A DNA stretch of 57,152 nt, filler included, from Rhizaria sp. SCN 62-66 (Eukaryota): assembly GCA_001724265.1 (NCBI GenBank). It is 2 parts of 2 records of this genome, joined end to end, with 100 filler letters (N's around TTAATTAATTAA, not from the genome) between each part and the next. Parts side by side here need not be neighbours in the genome. Positions count along the whole stretch, not along the records: positions 28,675 to 57,152 come from MEDY01000387.1; 1 more part is not named here. One strand, 5' to 3'. A program made the position numbers and the translations under genes. This document shows positions 54,001 through 57,152 of the stretch, one piece after another. The notes below the pieces were generated by a model that worked only from the letters and a program-made list of their open reading frames with translations, was not told where the DNA came from and ran no database searches. The number at the start of each line of letters is the position of its first letter. The stretch's first letter is position 1.

Positions 54001-56731
54001 TCTGCCGCCGTCCGCCTTTTCCACACAGCCACAGTCTCAGTCTCAGTCTCAGTCTCAAGCGCACCCGCCCGCGCTGACCGCGGCGGCCGTCCTCGCGCTG
54101 GGCTCTGGCGCGCGGCGGCCCTCGGGCGGCTCGCTCATCCCGCGCCTCGCGCTGTCACGCACGTCGTCGGGCGCGCTCACTTCGCCCTCGGCCTCCGCGC
54201 TCGCCGCGGCGGCTGCGAGCGCGGGTGCGACTGTGTCCTCGAACGCCGACGGGCGGTCGCCGAGTCCCGACGCCGGTGCGCACAGGGGCCGCGCGTCGCT
54301 GCCGCCACGGCACCCGCTGGCGGCCCCGACGCCGCCGCCACACACCTCCGCCTCCGCCACTGGCAGCGGCGCGTCTGCCACTGCGAGTACGGCGAGTACC
54401 GCGGCGGCGGCGGTGAACAGCACTGGGTCTCCTGGCGCCAGAGCGGCGAGCCCTCATTTCGGGTATTTCCCCCAGTCACCAACCACCGCAGCAGCCTCGG
54501 CCTCTGCCTCCGCGTCAGTGACGACGGCGCCGCCCAGCCCCGGCCCCTTCACCCCGGTCTCCGCCACCGGCTCCGCCACTATGGGCGGGGGCGGGGGCGG
54601 GGCGCTGGCGGGCGGCGCGCGCGATTCGGGCACGCACTCGCTGCGCAATGTCGCGTCAATCTTTGCCCGCCGCACATCGCGCGCCAGCACCGGCCTCACG
54701 GCAGCCAACGCAGCCAATGCCGCCAACGCCTCCAGTGCGGTCAACTCGGCCAACGGCGCCAGTGTGGCGACGCCGACGGCTGCTGCGGCCGCCGCTGCGA
54801 GCGCGAGTGCGCACGCGACAGCGGCCGACTCTTCTGTTGCTGAGAGCACGGCTGACGCGGTCAGTCGCGCCAGTGACCGTGAGCACGACCGCGAGCGTGA
54901 GGAGCGCAGCGCCGGCCGCGACAGTCCCGCGCCGCAGCGGCCGCCGAGCTCCGCGCTGTCTCTGGCCCATACGCAGTCGCAGACGAATGCGGCAGGCGGC
55001 GACAGCGCGGCGCCGACCGGTGTCGCGGCGCGCAAGCTTCTCGCGTCGCACTCGACCACCGCGCTCACTGCACACAATGCCGCAGCCGTTGCGACTCCCG
55101 GTGCGACGGCGACGGGAGCAGGGAGGCTCGTGAGCGCGACGGGGCAGCGCGCGAGCGCCGCCACGCCCACGCCGCCGCTGCCGCCCGGCGCTGTCGCTGC
55201 CGGCACAGTTGCTGCCAGCGCGGCTGCAGGCAGCGCAGCAGTGTCATACGCGCATGTGACTGCACCGAGCGGCCGCGGCACGCCGGGCCCTCCGCTGAGC
55301 GCGCGCACCTCGGGCGCCTCCGTCTCAGCGTCCATCGCCGCCGCCGCCGCCGCTGCTGCTGCTGCAACTGCGACTGCTTCAGGCTCCGACAGCGCTCGTG
55401 TGCGCCGCGGCTCCGTCCCAGGCGGCTCCTCCGCAGCCTCAGCCTCAGCCTCAGCCTCAGCCTCAGCCTCAGCCTCAGCCTCTGGCTCTGGCTCTGGCTT
55501 TGGCGGCTCGGTCCCCGCGATGCTGCCCCCGATCGCAACCATCGCTGGCGGTGCCGCCGCTGCTGCCAACGCCTCTGCGTCCCCCGTGCCCGGCCTGTTC
55601 TCCAGCTCCGGCACCGGCGCTAGCAACGGCAACGGCGGGGGCTCTGGGTCTGGCCTGCGCGGGTCGCCCCCGCCGCGCTCCGCTCGTCTCAGCGCCGCCG
55701 GCAGCGGCAGCGGCAGCGTCAGCGGCAGCGTCAGCGCCGCGCGGGCGGGGTCGCCGCAGCTGCAGCCGCTGCCGCCACACCTGCAGCGCCAGTCCCCGGC
55801 GCCCGGTGACCGCGGCGGTGACCGTGGGCTCTCGCCCTCGCCGCCCGCGCCCCACGGCCTCGGCGGCCACGGCCTCGGCTTCGGCGGCGCAGGGCCAGGG
55901 CTGGGCTTCGGCGGCGCGGGCGGGCTGGCGTCGGGCCGGCGCCGCGCGTCGCTGCCCGGGGAGTCGCCGCCGCTGCCCAATAGCGCGCGCCTGCTTGCCG
56001 GCCACGGCAGCGGCTACGGCGGCGGCCACGGCGGCGGCCACGGCGCGCCGCCCGCGGTGCTCGCGCCCCTCCACTCTAGCGGCGCCGCTGCTGCAGCGAG
56101 CGGTGGCAGCGCCAGTGTGCAGAAAAGCGCGCGCACGCTGAGCCCGACGAGCCCGCGGCGCGCGTCACTCACGCCGGGCCCCGCTCCAGTGCTCGCTGCC
56201 TCTGCAACGGCCACTGCGACTGCGACTGCCGCGATTGCTGCCGCTGTGAGTGAGGGCGCTGTGAGCACTGCCGGTCTGACGTACCCGGCGACTCCGAGCC
56301 ACCACGCTCCGAGTCCCCTCGCGCCGCAGCCGCAGCTGCAGCAACAGCAGCTGCTGCAGGTGCAGGCGCAGCGGGACACAGTGAGTCCAAAGCACCGCAG
56401 CCGCAGTCCGGGCCACAGCGCGAGCCCTGCGCCGCGCCACAGCCCCGGCCCCGCGGCTCGCGGCGGCAGCAACAACAGCAAAAACAGCGACAGCCCCGCG
56501 GCGCACGGCGGCGGCGCGGGCGCGACGAGCAGTGCGACGAGCGGTGCGAGCGCTGCTGGCGCCTCCGCTAGCGGCGGCACGAGCGGTGGCAAGTTTAGGC
56601 TGGTGATGAACGCTAGCAACAGCAAGACGCGCGCTGCCGCGGCAGGGACCTCGACAGCGACTCCGGCTGGGAAGGTGCACGTGCACGGCGCGGCGGCTGG
56701 CGGCAGTAACAACAAGACGACGGTCAAGTAA
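49264..56731 (+). CDS. Giant intrinsically disordered A/S/G/P-rich protein (about 2459 aa) with a short globular-looking N-terminus; exons 49264-49302 and 49391-56731; in-frame TAG at 49769-49771
   Basis: ATG, then CAG|GTTCGT...CTACAG intron into ORF 49415-49771, which is in frame with the 2309-aa ORF across a single TAG. Ends TAA 56729-56731. Confidence 0.65.
50999..51049 (+). repeat. (GGC)n coding microsatellite, poly-Gly17
   Basis: Seen directly. Confidence 0.9.
52763..52840 (+). repeat. 15-bp tandem repeat x5 encoding DTA(H/R)(T/S)
   Basis: DTAHT DTART DTAHT DTART DTARS with synonymous divergence between units. Confidence 0.85.
55434..55481 (+). repeat. (CAGCCT)8 hexamer repeat encoding (Ser-Ala)n
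   Basis: Seen directly. Confidence 0.9.
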
Positions 56732-57152
56732 GCCAGAGAACGCACAGAGTACAAGTGCGACGATTCTTTGATTTAAACGATTAATTTGATTTTTTTGTTT
56801 AGGACTCTAAAGTTACATAGGAATACAATAGTTTTAGTTTTATTACGGTTTTTGGTTCTGAACAACCGATGATATAGTTGATATATGGAGTACTTGTGTA
56901 CATGTACTGTATAATATCATCTTTTGCATATTTTCCTCGAACATTATTAAAACTTTTGTTCTCATAGATCTTACGTAAGTGTGTATATGTCCCTCTTGTT
57001 GTGACTGGGGTCTCCTCTTAAAACGTTCAATGATGTTGTCAATCTGATCCGTTGGTGCTCCTGCCTTCACTGTCTTTCGTCGAATTACTTGCCCTTTGAG
57101 GATTGCATGCCTCTTTGATTGTCTTGCTGTTCGTCCATTATTAGCGCAACAG

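Noticed and set aside
56726-56734. AA|GTAAGC at the end of the giant ORF (and at 42073-42080) as a splice donor extending the gene
   Set aside because: Donors here are GTNCG, and TAAGC is the shared context of all TAA stops. Not fully excluded without RNA data.
56843-57152. Minus-strand frame open to the window edge
   Set aside because: AT-rich, unlike host genes and with no motif. It cannot be evaluated without the adjacent sequence.
1-57152. CRISPR arrays, rRNA genes, prokaryotic operons
   Set aside because: None seen. The repeats are coding microsatellites in a eukaryotic, intron-containing context.

Overview
GC-rich eukaryotic (protist-like, probably flagellated, mtDNA-retaining) genomic DNA made of two contigs joined by an artificial 100-nt linker (N44-TTAATTAATTAA-N44, 28575-28674). 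It holds about 15 protein genes with mostly short GT-AG introns: ERCC8/CSA-like WD40, GINS2/PSF2, an importin-alpha-like ARM protein, a giant H2A-fold protein, CCDC112-like, T7-type mitochondrial RNA polymerase, a CFAP96-like protein, DNAJC22, a winged-helix/TM protein, truncated RPL21, a four-domain Cav/Nav-type channel, a small unknown protein, a PGSIP7/8-like GT8, DNAJC3 and a ~2460-aa disordered protein. There is also a tRNA-Lys(UUU) and a pogo-like transposase remnant. Main finding: five in-frame TAG codons interrupt otherwise continuous coding frames in four genes on both contigs, while none of 12 independently defined gene ends uses TAG (all TAA or TGA). This points to a nuclear genetic code in which UAG alone is a sense codon (Gln is my best inference). 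Family assignments come from remembered motifs, not database searches.
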